Of a DNA stretch of 64,000 bases, positions 26,984-35,228 are shown one piece after another. Positions within the stretch are counted from its first letter, which is position 1; every line of letters begins with the position of its first letter. A program made the translations under genes and the position numbers. The notes beneath the pieces were generated by a model. That model saw nothing but the letters and a program-made list of their open reading frames with translations, had not been told where the DNA came from and did no database searches. Source of the DNA: an uncultured Nitrospirales bacterium (GTDB lineage Bacteria > Nitrospirota > Nitrospiria > Nitrospirales > NS-4); assembly GCA_964384595.1 (NCBI GenBank), contig CAYLLY010000003.1, forward strand, positions 198 to 64,197, in the 5' to 3' direction.

Positions 26984-27730
26984 ATGGGCAAGTATAGGTT
27001 TGTAATGGCGGCCGTGGCGGCGATGGGGCTCGTGGCGGCGCCGGCGGCATTCGGATATGAGGAAGCGGCTGTGAGCGACGGGGGCGCCGTCACCGGCAAG
27101 ATCAGCTTCAAGGGGAAGGTCCCTGAGCCACAGCATTTCCTGGTGCAGAAGAACCCTGACGTCTGCGGGAAGGAGCGCGATTTTCCGTTCGTGCGGGTGA
27201 AAGACGGAGCGCTCCAGAACGTGGTGGTGGTCATCGAAGGCATTGAAAAGGGGAAACCCTTCACGCACGCGCCGACCGAGTTTATCGGGAAGGAATGCGC
27301 GTTTCTTCCGTATGTGTCGTTCGTGACCAAGAAGGGCGTGGACGGGTGGCCGGTGTTCAAGATCGAGAACACGGACACCGTCATTCACAATCCCCACACC
27401 TATGCGATCGCGGGGGCGACGCGGGTGACGTTATTTAACGTCGCATTGCCGGAGAAAGGCTCCAAGCTGGAGAAGGAGCTGAAGAACAGGAAAGGCAACG
27501 TCATCAAGCTGGAGTGCGACCAGCACGACTTCATGCACAGTTGGACGCGGGTGGTGGAGCATCCCTACTTCGCGGTGGTGGACGACGGGGGCGCCTTCAA
27601 GATCGACGGCGTGCCGGCAGGCAAGTACAAGCTCGTGGCGTGGCATCCGATCCTGGGCGAGCAGACGGCGGAAGTAACCGTCGCGGCCAAGGGATCGGCG
27701 AAGGCGGATTTCACGTTCGCGGGAAAGTAA
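26984..27730 (+). CDS. Secreted cupredoxin-like protein with putative type-1 Cu site and C-terminal beta-sandwich domain (paralog of 5223-6173)
   Basis: Signal peptide MAAVAAMGLVAAPAAFG. Candidate Cu ligands NTDTVIH and CDQHDFM (C-x2-H-x2-M). C-terminus GGAFKIDGVPAGKYKLVAWHP...AKGSAKADFTF. Confidence 0.85.
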   Translation: MGKYRFVMAAVAAMGLVAAPAAFGYEEAAVSDGGAVTGKISFKGKVPEPQHFLVQKNPDVCGKERDFPFVRVKDGALQNVVVVIEGIEKGKPFTHAPTEFIGKECAFLPYVSFVTKKGVDGWPVFKIENTDTVIHNPHTYAIAGATRVTLFNVALPEKGSKLEKELKNRKGNVIKLECDQHDFMHSWTRVVEHPYFAVVDDGGAFKIDGVPAGKYKLVAWHPILGEQTAEVTVAAKGSAKADFTFAGK

Positions 27731-27748
27731 AGAAAGGGGTGAAAGACA

Positions 27749-28918
27749 ATGAGTAGGCGAGGGAAAAATCTGATGGGGTTGGCGGCCTTCGTGGTCGTGT
27801 CGGGGCTTGCCTTGGTCGTGGCGCCGAGCGTCAATGCGGCCGAGACGGATCTGGGCCCTCTGCCGGCCTTGAAGGTGGATGAGAAGAAGGCGGAGCTGGG
27901 CAAGCTGCTGTTCTTCGACAAGCGAATGTCGGGCGATGCGGCGAGGTCTTGCAATGAGTGCCACAATCCCAAGAAAGGGTACGGAGACGATAGGGCGCTC
28001 TCGGAAGGGTATCCGGGGACCCTGCATTGGCGGAATGCCCAGACGCTGCTGAACGCGGCGCACCAGAAGGACCTCCACTGGCCGGGCTCGCAGGGCGACC
28101 TGGATACGTCCATCCGGACCCATGTGACCGGATGGATCCTCCTGAACGACGACGGGCGCGCCCTGGAAGAGCGCATGATCCTGGTTCCGGAGTATCGGAA
28201 CCGGTTCACGGAAGTGTACAAGATCAAACGGCATCCGATGTTCGGGCAGATCATGGGGGCGCTCTCGGAGTTCGTGAAGACGCTGGTGTCGGACCCGAAG
28301 AAAGTGCCGTTCGACCGGTACCTGGGCGGGGACCAATCGGCCTTGACGCCTCAACAAGTGAAAGGCCTGGAGCTGTTCAAGGGCAAGGCCAATTGCGCCG
28401 CCTGTCACAACGGCCCGCTGCTGAGCGACAAGGGCTACCACAACACGGGCGTTCCGACGAGCCCGGAGTTGTTGACGAATCCGCAGGTGCAGATCGCCGC
28501 TCGGCTCGAGAACATGACGATCGGCGTGTCGGGCTACGACACGATGATCGAGGACCTCGGCCGGTACATGTACACGAAGAACAAGAAGGACATCCGTAAG
28601 TTCCGGACACCGTCCTTGCGGGAGGCGAAGTACACGGCCCCGTACATGCATAACGGGACGCTCGCGACTCTGGCGGACGTGGTCGAGTTCTACAATGCGG
28701 GCGGCGGAAATGATGCGAATAAGGATGCGGCTCTCAAGCCGCTGGGGCTGACCGCGGAAGAGAAGGCGGCCCTGGTTGCCTTCCTGCAGAGCCTCAGCAG
28801 CGACACGTCGCCGTACGCGGATGCCCAGCCGGCGAAGTACGGCGAAGAGGGGTATCCGTATCAGGCGTTGAAGATCAATGAAGGCAAGCCCTGGACGAAG
28901 AAGGACCCGCGGGACTAA
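27749..28918 (+). CDS. Di-haem cytochrome c peroxidase (CCP/MauG family), second copy
   Basis: Signal peptide. CNECHNP and CAACHNG. APYMHNGTLATLADVVEFY. Confidence 0.9.
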   Translation: MSRRGKNLMGLAAFVVVSGLALVVAPSVNAAETDLGPLPALKVDEKKAELGKLLFFDKRMSGDAARSCNECHNPKKGYGDDRALSEGYPGTLHWRNAQTLLNAAHQKDLHWPGSQGDLDTSIRTHVTGWILLNDDGRALEERMILVPEYRNRFTEVYKIKRHPMFGQIMGALSEFVKTLVSDPKKVPFDRYLGGDQSALTPQQVKGLELFKGKANCAACHNGPLLSDKGYHNTGVPTSPELLTNPQVQIAARLENMTIGVSGYDTMIEDLGRYMYTKNKKDIRKFRTPSLREAKYTAPYMHNGTLATLADVVEFYNAGGGNDANKDAALKPLGLTAEEKAALVAFLQSLSSDTSPYADAQPAKYGEEGYPYQALKINEGKPWTKKDPRD

Positions 28919-28951
28919 GGGGTGGTTTGATTCGAACCGAGAGGGAGAGCG

Positions 28952-29419
28952 ATGAGGCGACGGGCGGTCTGTGCGAGCGTAGCGATGGTAGGGCTGGTTC
29001 TGGGTGCGGCGATCGCTTACGGGGATGAGCCCCTCCCTCCGGTGCCGCCGGAATACAACAACCATAGCATGCCGAAAGGCTGGTGGACGGACCCGAAAGT
29101 GATCGCGGCCGGCAAGAAGATCTACACGGAAGGAATGCCCGACGAGGAGGGGAAGATCCAGAAGTGCGCCAAGTGCCATGGAGAAGATGGGAACCCCAAG
29201 CTGCGCGGCGCCAGGGACTTCCGGGCCGAGACGAAGATCAACCGGTATTCGGACAGTTACTTCTTCTGGCGGGTGTCCGAAGGCGTTCCCAAGACCAAGA
29301 TGAAGGGGTGGAAAGAGCGGCTGACGGATGAACAACGCTGGCAGGTGATCGCGTATGTCCATACCTTTTCGCACGGCGGAAAGCCGGAAGAGCACAAACA
29401 CAAGGAGGTCGGGAAGTGA
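28952..29419 (+). CDS. Mono-haem c-type cytochrome, periplasmic
   Basis: Signal peptide. Single CxxCH (CAKCHGEDG). Downstream YFFWRVSEG...MKGW with a Met candidate ligand. Confidence 0.85.
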   Translation: MRRRAVCASVAMVGLVLGAAIAYGDEPLPPVPPEYNNHSMPKGWWTDPKVIAAGKKIYTEGMPDEEGKIQKCAKCHGEDGNPKLRGARDFRAETKINRYSDSYFFWRVSEGVPKTKMKGWKERLTDEQRWQVIAYVHTFSHGGKPEEHKHKEVGK

Positions 29420-29493
29420 GGATGACCGGGAGGCGGGCCCCGGCGGGCTGAGCGAGTTGGCCGCTGCCGGCTCCGGAATACTGTGGACAGCGT

Positions 29494-29871
29494 ATGCCGA
29501 ACGGCGGTCGTTTGGCGAGGGTGGCATTCATGCTCGTGAGTCTCATGATTACGATCCTGACCGGGGTGGCCGTTCCGGCTGAAATCCATGAGGTGACCTT
29601 GCTGGACCGGGCGCCGTTCTACAGTTCCGGTCAGACGGTCAAGGTGACCGTCGGCGACACGGTCAGGTGGAAGAACCCGATGACGAAGGACGGCGCGACG
29701 CATACGGTGACGCAGATGGGATGCCTGACGGGCGATGCGTGCGAGTTCGATTCAGGGGTGTTGGCGCCGGGCCAGACATTCACCCACACGTTCACTGTGG
29801 CGGGCACGTTCACGTACCGCTGTCGCCTGCATGCGCTGATGGAGGGGGTCATCGTCGTCAATGGTCAATGA
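29494..29871 (+). CDS. Small blue-copper protein (plastocyanin/amicyanin-like cupredoxin)
   Basis: GDTVRWKNP...GATHTV and YRCRLHALMEG (C-x2-H-x2-M). Alternative start at ATG29530, which has a gaggg RBS. Confidence 0.82.
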   Translation: MPNGGRLARVAFMLVSLMITILTGVAVPAEIHEVTLLDRAPFYSSGQTVKVTVGDTVRWKNPMTKDGATHTVTQMGCLTGDACEFDSGVLAPGQTFTHTFTVAGTFTYRCRLHALMEGVIVVNGQ

Positions 29872-29905
29872 GAGGGAGTTGCCCGAGGAAAGGGGAGAGT
29901 TCGAG

Positions 29906-30451
29906 ATGAAGCGTACGTGGCTCAAGCGACCGAGGAAAGCGCTGGTGCTCGGACTGGCGGCGGCTCTTCTGGGCGGTCTGGTTGTGACGGCCGCCGCCCA
30001 GGTCTCAAGCATGACAGGGCAGGTGATGGATTTCGACAAGTCGGCGGGAACGCTGGAGGTCGAGCTCCAACGGGGGGACTTCGCCACGCTTTACCTGGAG
30101 AAGAATTCGCACTGGATCTTCCAGAAGGTGGATATCGGGGATCGGGTCCATGCGACGGTGGAGAAGCAGAACAACCGGTTGCTGGTCAAGGAGATCACCT
30201 TGCAGATCGGTCCCGGCGTGCAGATCGACTCGGTCCAGGGGGTCGTGACCAAAGTGAACCGCCGGGCCCATTCGCTCGAGGTCAAGACGGCGGCGGACAA
30301 GGAAGAGGTGCTCTACCTCGACCTGGACGCGCTGTCGGTGCTCGGGAAAGTGGCCGTGGGCGATCGGATCGAGGCCCGCGTGGAGACCGTGATCGAGGCG
30401 GGTGGTCCCAAAAAAGTGATTCGGGTCATCGTTGTGGGGAGCGGACCGTGA
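29906..30451 (+). CDS. Secreted hypothetical protein with two GDR(V/I)-type beta-rich repeats
   Basis: ATG29906 after aggggag. Signal LVLGLAAALLGGLVVTAAAQ. Repeats IGDRVHATVEKQNNRLLVKEITL and VGDRIEARVETVIEAGGPKKVIRVIVV. Confidence 0.68.
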   Translation: MKRTWLKRPRKALVLGLAAALLGGLVVTAAAQVSSMTGQVMDFDKSAGTLEVELQRGDFATLYLEKNSHWIFQKVDIGDRVHATVEKQNNRLLVKEITLQIGPGVQIDSVQGVVTKVNRRAHSLEVKTAADKEEVLYLDLDALSVLGKVAVGDRIEARVETVIEAGGPKKVIRVIVVGSGP

Positions 30452-30465
30452 CGGGAGGTGGCGCG

Positions 30466-30882
30466 ATGAAAGAGTTGACCCATCCGTCGCAGAGCGTGGT
30501 GGTGGCGGTCGTCGAGGATCTGCAACGGATCGCGCGGAGACTGATGACGATCTCCGAGGACGGGGTGGCCAGGGGAATGACCCATACCAACGGCGTCGAC
30601 TGCCTGATCGGGTTGGTTGATCGGATGGATTTTGCCTGCGCGTTGGCCGAGACCAAGAGCGGCGGTCAAACCGAGCCCGCAGAGACGGCCGGCGACCCCA
30701 CGGTGGGTGACCTGCCCGGACTCTGCCAAGACGTGCGCTGCAAGGCCGCCGACCTCGACCGGTTGAATCGGGACGGCGTGGGCGTGGCCTCTGAGATCGG
30801 AGAACTTGCGGCCGAGTTGATGCGCATCGAAGGTGAGCTTCGACGGGGGCTGGCTTCCGCAAGCGAGCCGCCGGCCGCCTGA
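30466..30882 (+). CDS. Hypothetical protein (no signal peptide)
   Basis: ATG30466 after gggagg (30453-30458). 138 aa. This is the in-frame tail of the longer track ORF 29917-30882, whose upstream part overlaps the better-supported 29906-30451 gene. Confidence 0.5.
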   Translation: MKELTHPSQSVVVAVVEDLQRIARRLMTISEDGVARGMTHTNGVDCLIGLVDRMDFACALAETKSGGQTEPAETAGDPTVGDLPGLCQDVRCKAADLDRLNRDGVGVASEIGELAAELMRIEGELRRGLASASEPPAA

Positions 30883-31076
30883 TCGTGAGAATCGGCGGGT
30901 GTCTGTTGAACTTGGGTCCGCGGGAACCACACGGACTGGCCTCCGGTTGCCCTGCGGATCTGCTGGTAGGGCCGGGCTTCACCCTCGCTGAAGGAGCGAG
31001 TACGCCCGGCTCCTACCGGCCATATTCTGAACGGCAGGCGATGCCGTCGGAGAGGAGCCAGAAGGGGAGAAGGGGA

Positions 31077-32918
31077 ATGGATGATCGCGTGAGAGCCGGA
31101 ACGAGGAACTTCCTCCCAATCGTGTGGATGTCGGCGCTCTTGCTCGGCGCCGTGATCGCGCTGTGGCCGCCGGGGGCGGCGCTGGCCCAGGAGACTCCGG
31201 CGGGACCAGGCGTGGAGTATCGGGACATCCCGTTCATGGGGAGCCGGAACCTCATCTGGATCGTCGCGCAGCTCCATCTCCTGTTGGCAGGGTTCGTGCT
31301 GGGCGTGCCGATCTTCGCGTGGGTGTGCGAGATCGTGGGGGTCAGAACGAAGGACCCGCGCTACGACAAGCTGGCCAAGGAGTTCACCAAGCTGCTCACC
31401 TCGTCCTACGCCACGACCGCGCTGTTCGGCGGCATCTTGTTGTTCCTGCTGATCGGCTCCTACCCGAAGCTGATGTCCTATCTCGCGGACGTCTTCTATC
31501 CGTCGTTCCTCGTCTATTGCGCGCTGTTCCTGCTGGAGACCGCGACCCTCTACCTCTACTGGTACGGCTGGGATTCGATGCAGGGGAGCAAGAAAGGCAT
31601 GCATCTGTTCCTCGGGTTCCTCCTCAACGTCTTCGCGTTCTTCATCATGATCGTGCCGAACTCCTGGGCGACCTTCCAGGCCAGCCCTGTCGTGATCGCG
31701 GAAGGCGATATGTGGGCGAAGGCCTGGGCGGCGACGTGGAACCCGACCTGGTGGCCGGTGAACATCCACCGCCTGATCGCGAACGTGGTGCTGGGCGGCT
31801 TCATCTGCGGGGCCTACGCCGGGCTCAAATACCTGATGGCTCAGAGCCCGGAAGAACGGGTGCACTACGACTGGATGGGGTACGTCGGGAATTTCATCGG
31901 CGTGTTCGGGATGCTGCCCCTCCCGTTCGCGGGCTACTGGCTGATGCGGGAGATCTACCAGTACAACCAGCAGATGGGCATCACCCTCATGGGCGGCTTC
32001 CTCTCCTGGCTGTTCATCCTGCAGGCCATGTTGATCGGCATCCTGTTCCTGGGGGCGAACTATTATTTCTGGCTCGGCATCATGTATCGCATTCCGGGTT
32101 CCGAAGCCAAGTACCGCAAGCCGATCCTGACGATGCTGGTCATCCTGCTCGTGTGCCTGGGGGTCTGGATGACCCCGCACTCCCTGGTCGCCAGCCTGGA
32201 AGAGGCCCGCAAGATGGGCGGGACTCATCACCCCTTGCTGGGCGTCTTGGGCGTGATGTCCGCGAAGATGACCGTGGCGAATCTCATGATCCTGGTGACG
32301 TTCATGAGCTTCGTCATGTACTGGCGGGCCGGCAAACAGGAGACCGCGCGTTGGGCAAAGGCCGCCAAGGTGGGCCAGTGGGCCATCCTGGGGATCGCGG
32401 TGATCGTGGTGCTGGTGCTGGGGGTGTGGGGCTACTTCGTGCCGGCCATCACGCGGATCAACTACTTTTCCACGACGCAGGTGCTGGTGGTGCTGTTTGT
32501 CTTGTTGACGATCACGCCCCTGACCGGGCTCTTACTCAAGAGCGCGAAGACGACCACGGAGATGATCTGGGGCGTCATGCCGGCGCGGGCGGGCTACGCG
32601 CTCGTCTTGAACGCCATCATGGTCATCCTCCTCATGACTCTGATGGGATACGCGCGCTCGTCGTCCAGGGTTCACTGGCATGTCTATGGGGTCATACAGG
32701 ATACGTCCCAGTACGCCTATTCCCCGGCGCTGGGCTACGCGGCCGCGTTGATGTCGCTATGCACGTTCCTCTTTTGCCTGCTGGTGGCGTTCATCTTCTG
32801 GGTGGCCTCGCTGGGTGGGGAGAAGAAAGGCCCTGTGACGGTGATGGCGGCTGAGAGAGAGAAGGAAGTGGTGACGCCGCCGGCCGGCGCGGCGCCGGTT
32901 ACAGCGGTTCGGGAATAG
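31077..32918 (+). CDS. Cytochrome bd-like oxidase, CydA-related subunit with extra C-terminal TM helices (no CydB partner in the locus)
   Basis: ATG31077 after gaaggggagaagggg. CydA-like N-terminus (NLIWIVAQLHLLLAGFVLGVPIFAW) and NPTWWPVNIHRLIANVVLGG. About 13-14 hydrophobic segments by eye, versus 9 in canonical CydA. The canonical GRQPW string is absent; SRVHWHVYG sits near the corresponding C-terminal region. Confidence 0.8.
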   Translation: MDDRVRAGTRNFLPIVWMSALLLGAVIALWPPGAALAQETPAGPGVEYRDIPFMGSRNLIWIVAQLHLLLAGFVLGVPIFAWVCEIVGVRTKDPRYDKLAKEFTKLLTSSYATTALFGGILLFLLIGSYPKLMSYLADVFYPSFLVYCALFLLETATLYLYWYGWDSMQGSKKGMHLFLGFLLNVFAFFIMIVPNSWATFQASPVVIAEGDMWAKAWAATWNPTWWPVNIHRLIANVVLGGFICGAYAGLKYLMAQSPEERVHYDWMGYVGNFIGVFGMLPLPFAGYWLMREIYQYNQQMGITLMGGFLSWLFILQAMLIGILFLGANYYFWLGIMYRIPGSEAKYRKPILTMLVILLVCLGVWMTPHSLVASLEEARKMGGTHHPLLGVLGVMSAKMTVANLMILVTFMSFVMYWRAGKQETARWAKAAKVGQWAILGIAVIVVLVLGVWGYFVPAITRINYFSTTQVLVVLFVLLTITPLTGLLLKSAKTTTEMIWGVMPARAGYALVLNAIMVILLMTLMGYARSSSRVHWHVYGVIQDTSQYAYSPALGYAAALMSLCTFLFCLLVAFIFWVASLGGEKKGPVTVMAAEREKEVVTPPAGAAPVTAVRE

Positions 32919-32935
32919 AAACGGAGATTCTTGTT

Positions 32936-33532
32936 ATGACGGAGACTCAGATCCTGCAAGCCCTCGGGTTGAGCATCATAGGATTGGGGGGCGCCGTGTT
33001 CCTGTTCGTGAATGCCCGTTTTCTCCGCGTGACGGCGTTCGTCGCCATCGTGCTGGGCACGTTTTCCCTCGTGGCGCTGGGCGTGCCGCAGATGGCCTCC
33101 ATGCCCCCCGTCGTGGAGAAGTTCGACCTGGCCGCGATCAAGGACAAGAGAGAGTTGGCGGGGATCGGGCAGAAAATCTTCTTCGGCGCGGGGCAGTGCG
33201 CGCTGTGCCACACCATCGGGAGCAGTGAGGGCCGATGTCCGGACTTGAAAGGCGTCGGCGCCAAGCTCACGCGCGAGTTCATTTTTGAGAGCCTCACACA
33301 ACCGCAAGCGTTCACCTACATGGATTACGAGCATGTGGGACCAGCCAAGGGGTTTCCGGCTAAGATGCCCTACATTAATAAAAAACCGATCGGCCTGAAC
33401 AAGAACGAGATACTGGCCGTGATCGCGTTTCTCCAGAACATGTCCGGTGAGGAGGTCACGGTGGATCTGGCCGAGCTCGAGGCCCCGAAGGATGTGGCGG
33501 CGGGACCAGGTGATAAGGCGAAGCCCTTGTGA
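32936..33532 (+). CDS. Membrane-anchored mono-haem cytochrome c
   Basis: Two N-terminal hydrophobic helices, then CALCHTIG (CxxCH). Confidence 0.82.
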   Translation: MTETQILQALGLSIIGLGGAVFLFVNARFLRVTAFVAIVLGTFSLVALGVPQMASMPPVVEKFDLAAIKDKRELAGIGQKIFFGAGQCALCHTIGSSEGRCPDLKGVGAKLTREFIFESLTQPQAFTYMDYEHVGPAKGFPAKMPYINKKPIGLNKNEILAVIAFLQNMSGEEVTVDLAELEAPKDVAAGPGDKAKPL

Positions 33533-33554
33533 TGGGAAACCGAGGAGAGACGGT

Positions 33555-34277
33555 ATGAAGCGTTCAGCATTGGCGTTAAAAGGCCTCATCCTGCTGGCGG
33601 CCGTTTTTGCGTTCCTGCAATACGGCCTGCCGTTCTTCACCGCGCCCCTGCCCATGAGCCTGATCTGGCTCTATTTGTTCACGACCGCCGTGGGGGTCAT
33701 CGTGTTTGGGACGCTCAGCGGGGAATCCACGGAAGCCTTCTTAGGGCCGATCTTTCGATTTTTGAGCGGAGAGGGCATGAACGGAGTGGCCAAGCATGCG
33801 CGGCTCTTGATCCTCGTGCTCCTGCCCCTTTTGGTGGGCTGGCAGACGTACAGCGGGCTGGTCCCGAGCACGGAGCCGCCCGCCGAGAACCGCACGATCC
33901 ATCCGGCGCCGCCCGGGGAGTTCGTCGGATTGGCCAATCCCGTGCCGAATACGCCGGAGAACGTGATGATGGGGAAGGGCTTGTACGCCGCCTTTTGTGC
34001 GCCGTGCCATGGGGCCAAATTCAACGGCAACGGCCCCGCCGCCGACGGCTTCAACCCGCCACCGGCCAATTTCGCCGATCCCGGCACCATCGCCATGCTC
34101 CAGGAGTCGTACCTCTTCTGGCGTATCAAGAAGGGTGGGGTGGGGCTGTCGGTCGAGGGCCATCCGTGGAAATCGGCCATGCCGCGCTGGGAAGTGGAGC
34201 TGCCGGACGATTGGATATGGAAGATCATCATGGCGGAATACGAAGGGGCCGGGCAAAAGCCCCGGACGTGGGAGTAA
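33555..34277 (+). CDS. Membrane-anchored mono-haem cytochrome c
   Basis: ATG33555 after gaggagag. Three hydrophobic helices, then CAPCHGAKFNG. YLFWRIKKGG...MPRW resembles the 28952 cytochrome. Confidence 0.82.
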   Translation: MKRSALALKGLILLAAVFAFLQYGLPFFTAPLPMSLIWLYLFTTAVGVIVFGTLSGESTEAFLGPIFRFLSGEGMNGVAKHARLLILVLLPLLVGWQTYSGLVPSTEPPAENRTIHPAPPGEFVGLANPVPNTPENVMMGKGLYAAFCAPCHGAKFNGNGPAADGFNPPPANFADPGTIAMLQESYLFWRIKKGGVGLSVEGHPWKSAMPRWEVELPDDWIWKIIMAEYEGAGQKPRTWE

Positions 34278-34280
34278 GCG

Positions 34281-35228
34281 ATGGCTGTGTGGTTCCGATA
34301 TCTGGTTGCCGGATGTACGATTGCGGCGGTGGGGTTTCTGAGCGCGCCGCCGGCGCACTCCCAGGAGAGCGTGGTGGTCCGCGTGAAGCTGGTCCAGGGA
34401 GAGGTGCCGACCGACCCCCTGGCGCTGGTCTGGGGCACGGTTCCGGCGGCGGAGTTTCCGCTGTCTCCGCAGGTCCACTGGCAGAAACGCATCGGGTCGG
34501 TGACGGCCAAGTCCGTCAAGGTCCGGGGGGTTCACAACAACAAGCAGATTGCGTTCATGGTGGAGTACGCCGATCCGGCCCAGGACCCCGCCGACGCCGC
34601 CGCGCTGGAGTTCATGGTGGGGGACAAGAAGGCTCATTTCGCGCACGGGCAGCCCATGGTTCAGGTGGAAGGCGGGCCGGTCAACATCTGGTACTGGCGG
34701 AACGACGTCCCGGGAGCCGCGGACATGTCCGCGCAGGGCTTCGGGACGCTGGCAAAGCAGGCCCAGCAGGACGTCCGGGCGAAGGGCGTCTGGAAGGACG
34801 AGAAGACCAAGATCACGTTCAAGGAGCGCAAGCAGAGCCTGCGGAAAGACCCCCAGGGGGAATTGGTGAAAGACCCCAAAACCGGGGACCCCGTGGTCGA
34901 TGAAGAGACAAAGGTGGTCGAGCAGGACGTGAGCGGCGTGTGGCGCGTCGTTTTCACCCGCGCGCTGACCACGACCGACAAGGAGGACGTCCAGATCCAG
35001 ACGGGGACGTTCCCCAACGTCGCCTTCGCAGTGTGGGACGGCAAGAAGCTGGAGAGCGGCGATCTGAAGGAGTCCGGCTCGCAAAAGGCCATCAGTTCCT
35101 GGTGGTTCTTCAACGCGGAGCCGCCGCCCGACTATTCGATCTATCTGTACGGCTTGGTGGCGGTGGTGCTCGCGGGTGGTGTCGAATTCATCATCATCCG
35201 CAAGACCAGAAAGGGGCAGCAGACATGA
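34281..35228 (+). CDS. EB_dh/DOMON-like (ethylbenzene-dehydrogenase gamma / NxrC-like) putative haem-b protein with C-terminal TM anchor
   Basis: Signal peptide. Pattern VKVRGVHNNKQIAFMVEYADPAQD...ALEFMVGD...VNIWYWRND, typical of the EB_dh fold as I remember it. C-terminal helix IYLYGLVAVVLAGGVEFIII. The family call is by pattern only. Confidence 0.6.
   Translation: MAVWFRYLVAGCTIAAVGFLSAPPAHSQESVVVRVKLVQGEVPTDPLALVWGTVPAAEFPLSPQVHWQKRIGSVTAKSVKVRGVHNNKQIAFMVEYADPAQDPADAAALEFMVGDKKAHFAHGQPMVQVEGGPVNIWYWRNDVPGAADMSAQGFGTLAKQAQQDVRAKGVWKDEKTKITFKERKQSLRKDPQGELVKDPKTGDPVVDEETKVVEQDVSGVWRVVFTRALTTTDKEDVQIQTGTFPNVAFAVWDGKKLESGDLKESGSQKAISSWWFFNAEPPPDYSIYLYGLVAVVLAGGVEFIIIRKTRKGQQT

Noticed and set aside
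22408-29527. Long minus-strand ORFs (22408-24072, 24964-27384, 27431-29527) antisense to the peroxidase/Rieske/Mo-enzyme genes
   Set aside because: These are antisense to genes with unambiguous family motifs. The translated products are R/H/P/L-rich with no recognisable domains. Same verdict for 30666-32231(-), 33741-35234(-), 36492-37745(-), 39642-41270(-), 52839-54701(-), 60314-61396(-) and 61413-63002(-).
29917-30882. 321-aa + strand ORF overlapping two smaller genes
   Set aside because: Its first ~180 codons run out of frame over the 29906-30451 gene, which has a signal peptide and RBS, and are Gly/Arg-rich. Only the in-frame tail from ATG30466, which has its own RBS, is kept as a gene.
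30937-30950. TGGCCT-CCGG-TTGC sigma-54-like sequence upstream of the bd-like oxidase gene
   Set aside because: GG-to-GC spacing is 9 nt, not the required 10. Not called as a promoter.
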